Assembly: GCA_964420015.1 (NCBI GenBank)
Contig: CAYQPO010000002.1
Location: 7,997 to 71,996, forward strand
DNA from: an uncultured Candidatus Saccharibacteria bacterium
Lineage (GTDB): Bacteria; Patescibacteriota; Minisyncoccia; Phycocordibacterales; SBAW01
DNA: 64,000 nt
Reading direction: 5' to 3'
Both the position numbers and the translations under genes were made by a program. The notes beneath the pieces were generated by a model. It was not told the DNA's origin. It did not search any database and saw only the letters and a program-made list of their open reading frames with translations. Positions 37,159 through 49,574 of this stretch are shown piece after piece; position 1 is the first letter of the stretch, and each line of letters opens with the position of its first letter.

Positions 37159-39783
37159 ATGAAAATTACTAGTTGTATTTTGTCGCTCTCCCTCGCCGCT
37201 CTTCTTTCGGCAGGCCCATCGCTCGCATACGCGCAGCTAGGCGGCGTGGTGCCGCCATCGCCTAGCACACCATCTAGTGCAGAAGTCCAACAACAAGTGC
37301 AACAAATAGTTACTCCGCCCGCAGACACGACAGGACCGGTGATCTCGGGAGTCGCCGCCCTGTCATTGCTCTCTACGACCGCGGAGATCGTGTGGGCTAC
37401 CGATGAACTCGCGGTCTCGGGGCTGCACTACGGAGTTACCGAGAGTCTGGGCTCTACCGCTACACTCCCCACGACAGCGCTTTTGGTACATGGGGTAGTG
37501 CTCACCGGCCTTTTGCCAAGCACCACCTATCACTATTGTATCGACGCAACCGATGTCGTAGGCAATGTCACACACTCCTGCAGCCACACCTTCACGACCG
37601 CAGCTGCTTCAGTGCCAAGCATCGGCGACACGAATCCGCCTACGGTCTCGATTGTCTCTGCAGCCTCGGTCACCTCCTCGTCTGTGGTCGTTACCTGGAC
37701 CACCGACGAAGTCGCTGACGCGCAAGTGGAGTACGGCACAGAAGGATACGATTTGACCAGCGCGCTCGATACCAATCTTGCGCTCACTCACTCAGCCGCG
37801 CTCAACAATCTCTCGCCCAATACCACTTACCACTATCGTGTACGCTCGAGCGACGAGTTTGGCAATGTTGCGTACTCGCCCGACGAGACGTTTACTACTC
37901 TTTCGACAAACTCAGGGCAAGCAGCACCTTTAGGGTCCGGGTCGTCGGGATCGATTTCTTCCGGCGATCAAACAGTCTCTGCACTCACTTTTTCGTCAGT
38001 CGAGAGCACTTCGATCACGCAAACAGGCGTGGCTATTACGTGGACTACGAGTTTACCCGGAGACTCGCAAGTCGAGTATGGCGAGAGCGAAAACTTTGGC
38101 TACCAGACACCGCTTAGTGCTGTACTTGCGACATCCCACTCCGTTTCTGTTGCGGGGCTTTCGCCCGGTACCAATTACCTCTTTCGGGTAAAGTCCAAAC
38201 CCGCAGGTGCTTCTGCTGCGGTCGTATCGGCAGTCTACGAGTTCAACACGCTCGCCGCGCCCGAACTGCTTACTCAGCCGGCAAACATTACGGCGGTCGC
38301 AGCGTCGAGCACGACCATCTCCTCGGCGACGGTTACCTGGAACACGGATATAGCGGCCACAAGCCAAGTCGAGTATGGCGTCTCGACCGCTTACGGGCAA
38401 ACAAGTACCCCTTCTAACCTACTGGTCGCTTCCCATTCTGTAGTGCTCTCTAGTCTTGCGGCCGGCACCCTGTATCACTACCGCGTAAAGTCGGTGACCG
38501 AAGCGGGGGATATCACGTATTCGGACGATCATGCTTTTGCGACGACCTTGCCTCCAGGATCGGTCGGACAGGGCGCGCCCGTAGAAGTAGAGACGCTCTC
38601 CGTCTTGGCGCACGACCAAACTTCCGCGACACTTTCGTGGCACGTTGAGGGTGATACAGACGCGGCCGCGGGGTACGAGATTCGCTCTGCGACGTTTCAG
38701 ATAAATAGCGCCTCATACGCGCAAGCGAGCCTGGCGCAGGAGACGACCATCAGCTATGCCGACCTCTCACCAAACGGCGCTTCGCGCACCTACGTTGTCG
38801 CTGGACTCGATCCCAACACTACTTACTACTTTGCCCTCAAGTCTAAATATCAACACAGCGATTGGTCGGCAGTATCTAACATTGCTTCGGTAACGACTTC
38901 TGCCTCGGCACAAGGGTCGGGCGCACAATCGGGCGGTGGTGGAGGCTCAGTATCCGTCACTCACGCACCCACCCTCGTGAGCGCCTCGGGCGAAGACGGT
39001 CAGATAGTCTTCAATTGGAAAAATGCGAAGGAGGACAGCTACGTGCACACGGTTGTCGTGCGCAAGAAAGAGGGTTCGTATCCTACTTCGCCGACAGACG
39101 GTGAGGCTATTTATGAGGGTCGCAGCGAGACCTTTACCGACACCAATCTTGAGAATGGCAAAACATACTATTACGGCATCTACTCGTTTGATCGCGCAAA
39201 GCATTACTCGGTGCCAGTGCGTGTGTCGCTCACGCCCAAAAGCGGGACGGACGAAGTGAAGCTACAACAGAATCCAAACCTAATCGCAGTAGGTTCGAAA
39301 GAACATTTTGTGCGAGAACTTAAAAAGGGCGACAAAGATATCGAGGTTGAGCATCTTCAGCAGCTCCTACTCAACGAGGGCATCTATACCTTCGGCAAAG
39401 TGACCGGCTACTTTGGGGGTCGCACAGAAGTGGCGCTCAAGGCCTTTCAGAAAAAACACAACCTACCACAGTCGGGAGTTACTGACGCGGCCACGAGAAC
39501 TTTGCTTGCTGCACTGTCACAAAATCAAATAAGACTCGAAGTTCCGGGAGACGCGCTTTTGTTTACCATCAATCTGCGGCAGGGTGCGACCGGGGGCGTC
39601 GTCGAGGCTTTGCAGGAGTTTCTCATCCGCGAGGGGAGTTACCGAGGCACCGTTACGGGCTCGTTCGATGTAGCCACCAAGGCCGCGGTTATGGCGTTTC
39701 AGAAAAAATATAATATCCAGCCCTCCTCAGGGTATGTGGGCCCCAAGACCCGGCACGTGATACAAACCATAAGCGGGTTCTGA
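37159..39783 (+). CDS. cell-surface protein: signal peptide, six FN3-like repeats, two C-terminal peptidoglycan-binding domains
   Basis: repeats carry the VxWTTD...QVEYG...HS..L..L.P.T.Y.YRV pattern (purple-acid-phosphatase N-terminal/FN3-like); two LxxGxxGxxVxxLQ...GxFGxxTxxAVxAFQ PG_binding_1 units. Confidence 0.8.
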   Translation: MKITSCILSLSLAALLSAGPSLAYAQLGGVVPPSPSTPSSAEVQQQVQQIVTPPADTTGPVISGVAALSLLSTTAEIVWATDELAVSGLHYGVTESLGSTATLPTTALLVHGVVLTGLLPSTTYHYCIDATDVVGNVTHSCSHTFTTAAASVPSIGDTNPPTVSIVSAASVTSSSVVVTWTTDEVADAQVEYGTEGYDLTSALDTNLALTHSAALNNLSPNTTYHYRVRSSDEFGNVAYSPDETFTTLSTNSGQAAPLGSGSSGSISSGDQTVSALTFSSVESTSITQTGVAITWTTSLPGDSQVEYGESENFGYQTPLSAVLATSHSVSVAGLSPGTNYLFRVKSKPAGASAAVVSAVYEFNTLAAPELLTQPANITAVAASSTTISSATVTWNTDIAATSQVEYGVSTAYGQTSTPSNLLVASHSVVLSSLAAGTLYHYRVKSVTEAGDITYSDDHAFATTLPPGSVGQGAPVEVETLSVLAHDQTSATLSWHVEGDTDAAAGYEIRSATFQINSASYAQASLAQETTISYADLSPNGASRTYVVAGLDPNTTYYFALKSKYQHSDWSAVSNIASVTTSASAQGSGAQSGGGGGSVSVTHAPTLVSASGEDGQIVFNWKNAKEDSYVHTVVVRKKEGSYPTSPTDGEAIYEGRSETFTDTNLENGKTYYYGIYSFDRAKHYSVPVRVSLTPKSGTDEVKLQQNPNLIAVGSKEHFVRELKKGDKDIEVEHLQQLLLNEGIYTFGKVTGYFGGRTEVALKAFQKKHNLPQSGVTDAATRTLLAALSQNQIRLEVPGDALLFTINLRQGATGGVVEALQEFLIREGSYRGTVTGSFDVATKAAVMAFQKKYNIQPSSGYVGPKTRHVIQTISGF

Positions 39784-39797
39784 ACAATGAGGCTCCG

Positions 39798-40403
39798 CTA
39801 ACTTTTAGCGAGCGCGACTAAGTGCACCGCGCGCGCTCCGGCTTTGCGGAGCGCGCGCTTTGCTTCCTCAAGCGTTGCACCGGTCGTGTTTACGTCATCA
39901 ACTACCACGCACACCCGACCGCGCACGAGTAATTCATTTGCGCGCATCGAGTGGGCCACATTTTTAATTCGAATTGTTTTGGGCAACCCCTGTTGGGTTG
40001 GGCTGTGCACCACGCGCTCAAGCGCTTGCAGAGCATATACAAAAGTGTTTTTAGGCAGCTCTTGTAAGGCGGCTACACAGAGTGTCTCGGTTTGATTATG
40101 ACCACGCAACCGGCGGCGCTCCGCGTGCATCGGCACCGGCACCAAAAGCGGCGTGCCGATCTCCTCGGCAGCAACGCCAAGCAACATTTCGGCCAGATAC
40201 GCGCCGGCGAGTGCGCGTGCAGCGCGAGCGTTGTGATACTTAAACTCCCACACGAGTGCCTGCACGCGCGGCTCGTGGTAGGGCAGGCCCTCTTCGTTCG
40301 AGAGCCTGAGGAGTTGCTCAAGCGTAAGCGTACGCACAAGCCGCTCGGTTGCACGCGGCGGGATCAGCAAGTCGAGTACGTCTGTAATAAACTCAAAGGC
40401 CAT
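39798..40403 (-). CDS. comF: ComF-family phosphoribosyltransferase (competence protein ComFC-like)
   Basis: C-terminal PRTase motif VVVDDVNTTGATLEEA; divergent from pilM with only 18 bp between start codons. Confidence 0.75.
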   Translation of the reverse strand: MAFEFITDVLDLLIPPRATERLVRTLTLEQLLRLSNEEGLPYHEPRVQALVWEFKYHNARAARALAGAYLAEMLLGVAAEEIGTPLLVPVPMHAERRRLRGHNQTETLCVAALQELPKNTFVYALQALERVVHSPTQQGLPKTIRIKNVAHSMRANELLVRGRVCVVVDDVNTTGATLEEAKRALRKAGARAVHLVALAKS

Positions 40404-40408
40404 GGTGT

Positions 40409-40414
40409 TATAAT
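40409..40414 (+). promoter_or_regulatory. extended -10 (TGtTATAAT) 7 nt before the pilM ATG (leaderless)
   Basis: seen in sequence. Confidence 0.35.
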
Positions 40415-40421
40415 AGAACGA

Positions 40422-41540
40422 ATGGCTTTTTCTCTGTCATCGTTGTTCAACAAAGAGGCAAAAAGCGTACTCGGAGTCGACATTGGTACCTCGGCGATCA
40501 AGATAGTGCAACTGCGCAAAGAAAAAGGGAGGGTGATCCTCGAAACCTACGGCGCGATAGCGCTGGGCCCCTACGCCGGGGTCGAAATCGGTCGGGCTAC
40601 AGCGCTGGAGGCTTCGAAAGTAGCCGAGGCGCTCAAAGACGTGATCCGCGAGGCCAACGTCACCACACAAGACGCAGCCGTTTCTATTCCGTATTCCTCC
40701 TCGCTCGTCTCGATCATCCGCCTCCCCGCCACGGTAGAGAAGCAGCTCTCCCAGGTGGTGCCTATCGAGGCGCGCAAATATATCCCCGTGCCTATTAATG
40801 AAGTATTGCTTGACTGGTTTGTGGTCTCAGACAACAAACGTGCCGCAGCAGATGGCAAAATCGACGTGCTCTTGGTAGCAATCCACAACGATACGATAGC
40901 CAAGTTTCGCTCCGTTGCCTCCGATGCCGCTCTTACGCCGGGATTTTTTGAAATCGAGGTATTTTCCTCGGTACGCGCCGCACTCGACCACGGACTGGCT
41001 CCCATAGCGGTGGTAGACATAGGCGCCGCGACCACCAAGTTTTATGTGGTCGAGCGCGGGCTCATTCGCGAGAGCCACATCATCAACCACGGCGGGCAAG
41101 ATCTCACGCTTGCGGCAAGCCGCGCGCTCGGGCTTTCTGTTTTACAGGCCGAAGAGCGCAAGCGCAAATATGGCCTCAGCGGCGAGGGGCCAGCCGCAGC
41201 AGCCGGATCGACCCTGCCAGCAGGAGTCGCCGGGGCCGACCTCAAGCGCTCGCTTGAGCTCTCCCTCTCACCAATGCTCAACGAGCTTACCCGTACCATC
41301 ACCGCATGGGAGACGCGCACGAAACAGACACTCAACGGACTGGTCTTGACCGGTGGGGGAGCAACGCTGCGCGGTTTGCAAGAATTTATGCAGAGCAAAG
41401 TCTCGACGCAGATCCGTCTTGCCGACCCGTTTGGTAAAACACAAGCACCAGCGTTCCTTGAGCAGATCCTTAAAGAAGCAGGCCCCGAGTTTGCGGTTGC
41501 CGTTGGCTTGGCCTTGCGCCGCCTGCAAGAGCAAGGCTAA
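40422..41540 (+). CDS. pilM: type IV pilus assembly protein PilM (actin-like ATPase)
   Basis: LGVDIGTSAIKIVQL...; start inside ORF 40092. Confidence 0.85.
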   Translation: MAFSLSSLFNKEAKSVLGVDIGTSAIKIVQLRKEKGRVILETYGAIALGPYAGVEIGRATALEASKVAEALKDVIREANVTTQDAAVSIPYSSSLVSIIRLPATVEKQLSQVVPIEARKYIPVPINEVLLDWFVVSDNKRAAADGKIDVLLVAIHNDTIAKFRSVASDAALTPGFFEIEVFSSVRAALDHGLAPIAVVDIGAATTKFYVVERGLIRESHIINHGGQDLTLAASRALGLSVLQAEERKRKYGLSGEGPAAAAGSTLPAGVAGADLKRSLELSLSPMLNELTRTITAWETRTKQTLNGLVLTGGGATLRGLQEFMQSKVSTQIRLADPFGKTQAPAFLEQILKEAGPEFAVAVGLALRRLQEQG

Positions 41541-41549
41541 AGTGGGCTC

Positions 41550-42044
41550 ATGCAAGAGGCGGAATTCAAAAAACTCCTCAAGCCGGACTGTTATCAAGTC
41601 TTTTTATTTACCTGCCCGCCGAGCTTGCCGCTCTCGTTTGCCCTCCATCCGTGGTTTGTAGTCAATCATCGAGGCGAGATAGCGCGGTATGAGATCATCG
41701 CGAGCCCCCGGGCGCTTAAAAAAGACGCTTTTCGTGTCGGGCATTTATGCAAAGACATACTCCCGCCGCTTGTCGGCTTGCGGGTGGCGCGCTCAAGAAA
41801 CTGGCTGCGTTGGCCGGCATGCCTGTGCGGGGTAGTTGAGGGAGGCGAAGGATCGCTCGCCCACCGTATGGCCGAAGCGATAGAAAAATCATTCCAAAAC
41901 TACCCGCATTCCCATGAGTACGCTTACACGGGCCCCAACTCAAACACCTACGCGCAGTGGGTGATAGACCAGTTCCCTGAATCAGGCTTTACACTGCCGT
42001 GGAATGCTTTTGGCAAACACTTTTTGCGCCGTAAGCGCTCATAA
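41550..42044 (+). CDS. hypothetical protein (164 aa) inside the pilus operon
   Basis: no family recognised. Confidence 0.45.
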   Translation: MQEAEFKKLLKPDCYQVFLFTCPPSLPLSFALHPWFVVNHRGEIARYEIIASPRALKKDAFRVGHLCKDILPPLVGLRVARSRNWLRWPACLCGVVEGGEGSLAHRMAEAIEKSFQNYPHSHEYAYTGPNSNTYAQWVIDQFPESGFTLPWNAFGKHFLRRKRS

Positions 42045-42097
42045 TTTCTGTTAATAAACGGACACTGGTCAAAAAATCAAAGTTATACTAGAGACAA

Positions 42098-42694
42098 ATG
42101 GATCCTAATGTCCAAGGCTCCTTTATTCCCAAACAGGCGCTTGCCGCGCAAGCGCGCGGTGGCGGCGTGGGGCTCTTCTTTTTGGTTGCGCTCATCGTCT
42201 TTATCATGTCGATCGTGGCTGCAATGGGAGCGTTTCTCTATACTCTCTCGCTCAATCACTCGATAACCGACAAATCAGCTTCGCTCCAAGCTTCTGAGGG
42301 GGCCTTCGACCCGGCGGCGATCCAAGACTTGGTGCGCATGGACAGCCGGATACAGCAAGCCAAGCTCTTGCTTGCAAAACATGTCAGCAGCTCGGCGGTC
42401 TTTACCCTTCTTTCGCAGCTCACCTTGCAAAAGGTGCAGCTCTTGGGCATGAACTTTACCCTAAACCAAGATGGCTCGGGCACTATCTCGCTTAACGGCT
42501 CGGCCGACTCCTTCTCCACGGTAGCATTGCAGTCAGACTCCTACGGCGGCAGCAAGGTACTGCGCGACGTGATCTTTAGCGGCATTGCCGTGGGCGAAAG
42601 TGGGCGCGTCACCTTTACCGTCAACGCCTCAGTCGACCCCGACACGCTGCTCTACGCCAACAATCTCAACCAGGCCGCTCCAGCCTCTCAATAA
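42098..42694 (+). CDS. pilN: PilN-like pilus assembly protein
   Basis: single N-terminal TM then periplasmic domain; position after pilM. Confidence 0.6.
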   Translation: MDPNVQGSFIPKQALAAQARGGGVGLFFLVALIVFIMSIVAAMGAFLYTLSLNHSITDKSASLQASEGAFDPAAIQDLVRMDSRIQQAKLLLAKHVSSSAVFTLLSQLTLQKVQLLGMNFTLNQDGSGTISLNGSADSFSTVALQSDSYGGSKVLRDVIFSGIAVGESGRVTFTVNASVDPDTLLYANNLNQAAPASQ

Positions 42695-42695
42695 T

Positions 42696-43244
42696 ATGCG
42701 ACTCATACTCCCCATAATCCTCATCGTTGCAGCAATAGGGCTCTTCGCGCTCTACACCAACGGCGCCTACCAACACATTAAGGGGCTCCAGGTGCAGGTG
42801 GCCTCGTATGATAGCGCGCTTAATACCGCTCAGGAGCTGCGCGGTGTGCGCGACCAGCTCATCTCTAAACGTAATACCTTCTCCTCCGAAGACGTACAAA
42901 AACTCCAAGAGGTGCTGCCCGACAACGTCGACAACATCCGCTTTATCATCGACATCAACAATATCGCGAGCCGCCACAGTCTAACGCTTACCAACGTTGC
43001 CGTGGGTACCGTCTCCGACTCAAAAACAGCACGCAATGCACTTTCGGTGGGCAAATCGGGCGACCCGGTGGGCTCCGCGGCGGTGTCCTTTTCGGTCAAC
43101 GCTAGCTACGACAACTTTCTCGCGTTTCTCCAAGACCTTGAGCATAGTCTGCGCATCGTTGATGTGCAGACCATGGACTTTAAGCCCGTGCAAGGCAATC
43201 TCTATAGCGTCTCGCTCACTATTCGCACCTATTGGCTCCACTAG
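42696..43244 (+). CDS. pilO: PilO-like pilus assembly protein
   Basis: N-terminal TM, coiled region; start inside ORF 42585. Confidence 0.55.
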   Translation: MRLILPIILIVAAIGLFALYTNGAYQHIKGLQVQVASYDSALNTAQELRGVRDQLISKRNTFSSEDVQKLQEVLPDNVDNIRFIIDINNIASRHSLTLTNVAVGTVSDSKTARNALSVGKSGDPVGSAAVSFSVNASYDNFLAFLQDLEHSLRIVDVQTMDFKPVQGNLYSVSLTIRTYWLH

Positions 43245-43274
43245 TTTGATATGACTCACTACCGGTAACACACT

Positions 43275-43551
43275 ATGCAAAACCTTCTCCAAAACAAATT
43301 CTTGATGGGCGGGGTAGTTGCGGTGGTTGTACTCGTGCTCGTCTACTATGTTTGGAGTTCCTCCTCCGCGACACCGCTCTTGAGCGACTCAAGCGCGACC
43401 GTTTCGCCCGGCTCGGAGCAAATTCTCCAGAGTTTAGGTCAGCTGCACACGATCAACCTCGACGCATCGATCTTTACCGATCCGGTGTTTGCGTCGCTGA
43501 GCGACTTTGGCGTGACCATCCCGCCCGAGCAGGCAGGCCGTCGCAACCCAT

Positions 43552-43571
<20 letters not shown>
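43275..43571 (+). CDS. small membrane protein (98 aa), possible PilP-like component
   Basis: single TM; position between pilO and pilB. Confidence 0.4.
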
Positions 43572-45441
<1,870 letters not shown>

Positions 45442-45448
45442 TCTCGAT

Positions 45449-46513
45449 ATGCCCGATTACAAGCAAAAACTCAGCAATTTAATTGACATCACCGTTGCCC
45501 AAGGCGCCTCGGACCTCCACTTAGGTACGGGTATGCAGCCGACTATCCGCGTATCAAGCGCGCTCACCGCGCTTATCCAAGAGGCACCGCTTACGCAAGA
45601 GGACATGCTCGGGCTCCTCGACCAACTCCTGCCTCCCGAGCGCAAGAAAAAGTTTTTGGACACTCAAGAAGCCGACTTCTCCTTTGCCTACGGCGATAAG
45701 GCGCGCTTTAGAGGCAACGCCTACTTTGAGCGCGGCCATATTGGGGTGGCGCTGCGCCTTATCCCACGCACCATCCGCACGATCGGGGAGCTCAACTTGC
45801 CTCCCTCGCTTGAGCAGTTTACGCAGCGCGAACAAGGGTTCTTTTTGGTCGTAGGACCGGTAGGGCAGGGCAAGACCACTACACTCGCGGCGCTCATCGA
45901 GAAGATCAATGAGGAGCGCGCCGAGCACATTATTACGATCGAAGATCCGATCGAGTACTTGTTTGCAAACAACAAATCGCTCATCGACCAGCGCGAGGTG
46001 CGCGTTGACACGGCCGACTTCCAAACGGCGCTCGAGAGTTTGTTTAGGCAAGATGTTGACATTGTGATGATCGGCGAGATGCGTACGCCTGAGACCATCG
46101 CGACTGCGGTGACCGCAGCCGAAACTGGCCACCTCGTGCTCTCAACCCTGCATACCAACAACGCGGTACAAACGATCGACCGGATTATCGACGTCTTTCC
46201 CGCGGGGCAACAAGAGCAGATCCGCATCCAGCTTGCAGGCTCCTTGGCAGGGATCTTTAGCCAGCGTCTTATCCCGCGTATTTCTGGCGGGCTTATCCCA
46301 GCCTACGAGCTTTTGCTCAACAACACCGCTGTCGCCAACCTGATCCGCGAAAAGCGCACCCACGAAATTCAAACGCTCATCGAAACCGGAGCTGCCGAAG
46401 GGATGATCGACATGAACCGCTCGCTAGCCGACCTCGTGCGTGCAGGAGAGATCACTCCCGAGTCGGCCTACTCCCGCTCGCTCAACCCCAAAACCTTGGA
46501 GCGTCTGTTGTAA
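45449..46513 (+). CDS. pilT: twitching-motility retraction ATPase PilT
   Basis: 354 aa; Walker A GPVGQGKTT; PilT family. Confidence 0.9.
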   Translation: MPDYKQKLSNLIDITVAQGASDLHLGTGMQPTIRVSSALTALIQEAPLTQEDMLGLLDQLLPPERKKKFLDTQEADFSFAYGDKARFRGNAYFERGHIGVALRLIPRTIRTIGELNLPPSLEQFTQREQGFFLVVGPVGQGKTTTLAALIEKINEERAEHIITIEDPIEYLFANNKSLIDQREVRVDTADFQTALESLFRQDVDIVMIGEMRTPETIATAVTAAETGHLVLSTLHTNNAVQTIDRIIDVFPAGQQEQIRIQLAGSLAGIFSQRLIPRISGGLIPAYELLLNNTAVANLIREKRTHEIQTLIETGAAEGMIDMNRSLADLVRAGEITPESAYSRSLNPKTLERLL

Positions 46514-46516
46514 ACA

Positions 46517-47734
46517 ATGGCTGAATTTAAGTACGAAGCACTAGACCCGCAGGGCAAGGCAGTTGCCGGCAGCATTAATGCCGCGTCGCAAGACGCAGCG
46601 ATCGCAGCGCTGCAGCGCAAGGGGCTTACCCTGACCTCCGTGGTGCTCGGTGGGCAAAAAAGCCTCTACCAGCAGATGCAGGAGATCACCGTCTTTGGTG
46701 GGGTCTCGAGCCGTGACCTGGTGCTCCTCTCTCGGCAGATCGCAACGCTCTTTGAGGCGCAAGTTTCGGCTCTGCGCGTCTTTCGCCTCTTGGCCGAGCA
46801 GGCCGAAAAGCCCTACATAAGGAACGTCTTGGCCGAAATAAGCGACGACTTGCAAGGGGGCACCTCGATTTCTAAAGCCCTCGAGAAGCATCCTAAGGTC
46901 TTCTCCGACTTTTATGTCAACATGGTGCGCTCGGGCGAGGAGTCGGGCAAGCTCGACCAAACCTTTCTCTATTTGGCCGACTACATCGACCGCAGCTACG
47001 AACTGGGCTCCAAGGCTAAAAATGCACTTATTTACCCCGCGTTTATCTTGGTGACCTTTGTGGCGGTGATGACGCTCATGCTCACCTTCGTGATCCCTAA
47101 GATCGGGGCAATTTTGACCGACGGCGGCCAGGCACTCCCGGTATATACCCAGGTCATTCTTGGCTTTAGCTCTTTTTTGGTCGACTACGGGATCTTTCTC
47201 TTAATCGGGCTCATTGTGGGCGGGTACTTCGTCTGGCGCTATATACAGACTCCCTCGGGCAAAATAGCCTGGTCGCGCTTTAAATTCGCCATACCCTACA
47301 TTGGCGCGCTCTATCAAAAGCTGTATCTCTCGCGCATCGCCGACAACATGAACGTGATGCTCTCCTCGGGCATCGCGGCAGTTCGCGCGCTCGAGATCAC
47401 CGCCAACGTGGTCGAGGACGACGTATTTGAGGCGATTTTGCACGAAGCAATCGAGGCGGTTAAGGGCGGCGCTCCGCTCTCGCAGACGCTTGCACGCTAC
47501 CCCGAGCATATCCCGGGGATCTTTGTACAAATGCTCCAAATTGGCGAGGAGACAGGCGAGATGGGCAACATCCTCGACCGCCTGGCCAAGTTCTACAGCC
47601 GCGAGGTCAACTCGGCGGTCGATACGCTGGTCTCCCTCATTGAGCCGGTGATGATCGTGCTGCTCGCCTTGGGGGTGGGGTTCCTCCTCGCGGCGGTGTT
47701 GCTGCCTATCTATAACAGTGCTTCGAGCCTCTAG
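46517..47734 (+). CDS. pilC: type IV pilus platform protein PilC (GspF family)
   Basis: 405 aa; two T2SSF repeats; 3 TM. Confidence 0.9.
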   Translation: MAEFKYEALDPQGKAVAGSINAASQDAAIAALQRKGLTLTSVVLGGQKSLYQQMQEITVFGGVSSRDLVLLSRQIATLFEAQVSALRVFRLLAEQAEKPYIRNVLAEISDDLQGGTSISKALEKHPKVFSDFYVNMVRSGEESGKLDQTFLYLADYIDRSYELGSKAKNALIYPAFILVTFVAVMTLMLTFVIPKIGAILTDGGQALPVYTQVILGFSSFLVDYGIFLLIGLIVGGYFVWRYIQTPSGKIAWSRFKFAIPYIGALYQKLYLSRIADNMNVMLSSGIAAVRALEITANVVEDDVFEAILHEAIEAVKGGAPLSQTLARYPEHIPGIFVQMLQIGEETGEMGNILDRLAKFYSREVNSAVDTLVSLIEPVMIVLLALGVGFLLAAVLLPIYNSASSL

Positions 47735-47875
47735 CGGGTGGCAAAAGACTATCCACAGGGTGCCAGGGTTGGCTTGCCAAGGGTGGCTATAATAAGGGGG
47801 CCTTGCGGCTCTTGTGCAGGGCCGCTTTACTAGAATTATAAGTGGGCAGTGATTAATAATCTTATTTAGTACAGT

Positions 47876-48385
47876 ATGTACAAATCTATTAGCAAGGGTT
47901 TTACTTTGATCGAGCTTTTGGTGGTGATCGCCATCATCGGTATCTTGGCAGCCATCGTGCTCGTGTCTTTGGGCAACGCTCGCCAAAAGGGCGCTGATGC
48001 GGGCATCCAGGGCAACGTGGACTCAATCCGCACTCAGGCGGAAGTCTATTCGGGGAATCAGACCCCCAATACCTATGGCACACAAGCAACGACTACCGCC
48101 GGCGATTGCTCCTCGGCAGCCGCAGGTATGTTCTCCGACCCGACCATCAAGCAGGCGGTTACTAATGCCGAGGGTCAAGCAGGCACCGCGACACTCTTCG
48201 GCACCGCAAGTCGCAAATCGGTGTGCGGCAGCAACACTGGTAGCGTAGGTCAATACTGGGCTATTGCCGTGGTTCGCAACACGGATAACACCAAGCTTTG
48301 GTGTGTCGATAGCTCTGGTCGCGCCAAGGATATCTTGGTAAGCACCATAACGGCTGCGGGCGCCAACTTCCAAGGTTGCCTCTAA
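47876..48385 (+). CDS. pilA: type IV major pilin (paralog 1)
   Basis: prepilin signal ...[21 protein letters not shown] (G|FTLIE); C-terminal Cys pair. Confidence 0.9.
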   Translation: MYKSISKGFTLIELLVVIAIIGILAAIVLVSLGNARQKGADAGIQGNVDSIRTQAEVYSGNQTPNTYGTQATTTAGDCSSAAAGMFSDPTIKQAVTNAEGQAGTATLFGTASRKSVCGSNTGSVGQYWAIAVVRNTDNTKLWCVDSSGRAKDILVSTITAAGANFQGCL

Positions 48386-48465
48386 ATCTAGTTTCGTCCT
48401 CCTGACGCAAAAATCCCCACCCAACCAAAGAGGTGGGGGTTTTTCGTTGTTATACTTAGAGCTAC

Positions 48466-48963
48466 ATGGATCGGCTTGTCTTAGGGCGCGGGTTTACGCT
48501 CATCGAGCTCTTGGTAGTCATCGCCATCATCGGTATTTTGGCCTCGATCGTACTGGTTTCTTTGGGCAACGCTCGCCAAAAGGGCGCTGATGCGGGTATC
48601 CAGGGCAACATCAATACAATCCGCAAGCAAGCGGAGATCTATGCCAATACGCCGAATTACCAATATGCTCCTTCGATACTTTCGACCACCACCAACTGTT
48701 CGGCTCTCACTGGAGGCATGTGGGATGATACTACTATTAAGACTGCCGTGGCTAATGCTGAGGCTCAAGCAGGTACTGCTCAGCTTATAGGTGTAGCTGG
48801 CAAGAAGTCGGTTTGCGGCGCAGGCGGCAACTATTGGGCAGTAGCAGTGGTTAGGAATACTGACAGTAGTAAACTTTGGTGTGCAGACAGCCTTGGTCGC
48901 ACCAAGGACATTACCGTGAGCGGCATTACCGCAGCGACCGCAAACTTCCAAGGATGTATCTAA
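48466..48963 (+). CDS. type IV major pilin (paralog 2, tandem duplicate of 47876..48385)
   Basis: [21 protein letters not shown]; high identity to paralog 1 for ~60 aa, then a divergent C-terminal half. Confidence 0.9.
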   Translation: MDRLVLGRGFTLIELLVVIAIIGILASIVLVSLGNARQKGADAGIQGNINTIRKQAEIYANTPNYQYAPSILSTTTNCSALTGGMWDDTTIKTAVANAEAQAGTAQLIGVAGKKSVCGAGGNYWAVAVVRNTDSSKLWCADSLGRTKDITVSGITAATANFQGCI

Positions 48964-48968
48964 CTACT

Positions 48969-49571
48969 ATGAAACTACGCGGCTTTACCATAATTGAGCT
49001 CTTAGTGGTCATTGCGATCATCGGCATTTTGGCCTCGATCGTGCTCACTTCGCTCAGTGGAGCCAAGGCCAAGGCCCGCGACTCGCGCCGCATTGCCGAC
49101 ATCAAGTCTATCCAGCTTGCGCTCGCGCTCTACTACAACGACAACGGCATGTACCCCAAAAACATCTATGCGCTCTCTACCTCAGGCAGTGCGCCGAGCA
49201 ACGGCTTGGCGGGCGGCTACTTGGCAGTGGTCCCGACTGACCCTAGCTACACCAACAACTGTGGGACTGCGGGTACTGACCAAAGCTGCTATCGCTATGT
49301 GGCTCTCACCAATAGCGCAAATCAGGCGTGCAACAATACCAGCAACCTGCCGGTACTTTATCATTTGGGCGCCGTGCTTGAGGACAGCAACAACTCAGCC
49401 CTTGGCAACGACGTTGATCAAAACTCGACTCCAGGGACAGGGCTCAGCGGCTACTTTAGTGGATTTGTCACTTGCAACGCCTCCGGTACAAGCGGGTTTA
49501 ATGGAGTGCGCAGCGACTGCGCGGCCAACAACACCAACACGACCGATCAGTGCTACGACCAAAAGCCCTAG
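48969..49571 (+). CDS. type IV pilin / pseudopilin (paralog 3, GspG-like, Asn/Thr/Cys-rich C-terminal half)
   Basis: [21 protein letters not shown]; start inside ORF 48876. Confidence 0.8.
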   Translation: MKLRGFTIIELLVVIAIIGILASIVLTSLSGAKAKARDSRRIADIKSIQLALALYYNDNGMYPKNIYALSTSGSAPSNGLAGGYLAVVPTDPSYTNNCGTAGTDQSCYRYVALTNSANQACNNTSNLPVLYHLGAVLEDSNNSALGNDVDQNSTPGTGLSGYFSGFVTCNASGTSGFNGVRSDCAANNTNTTDQCYDQKP

Positions 49572-49574
49572 CCG

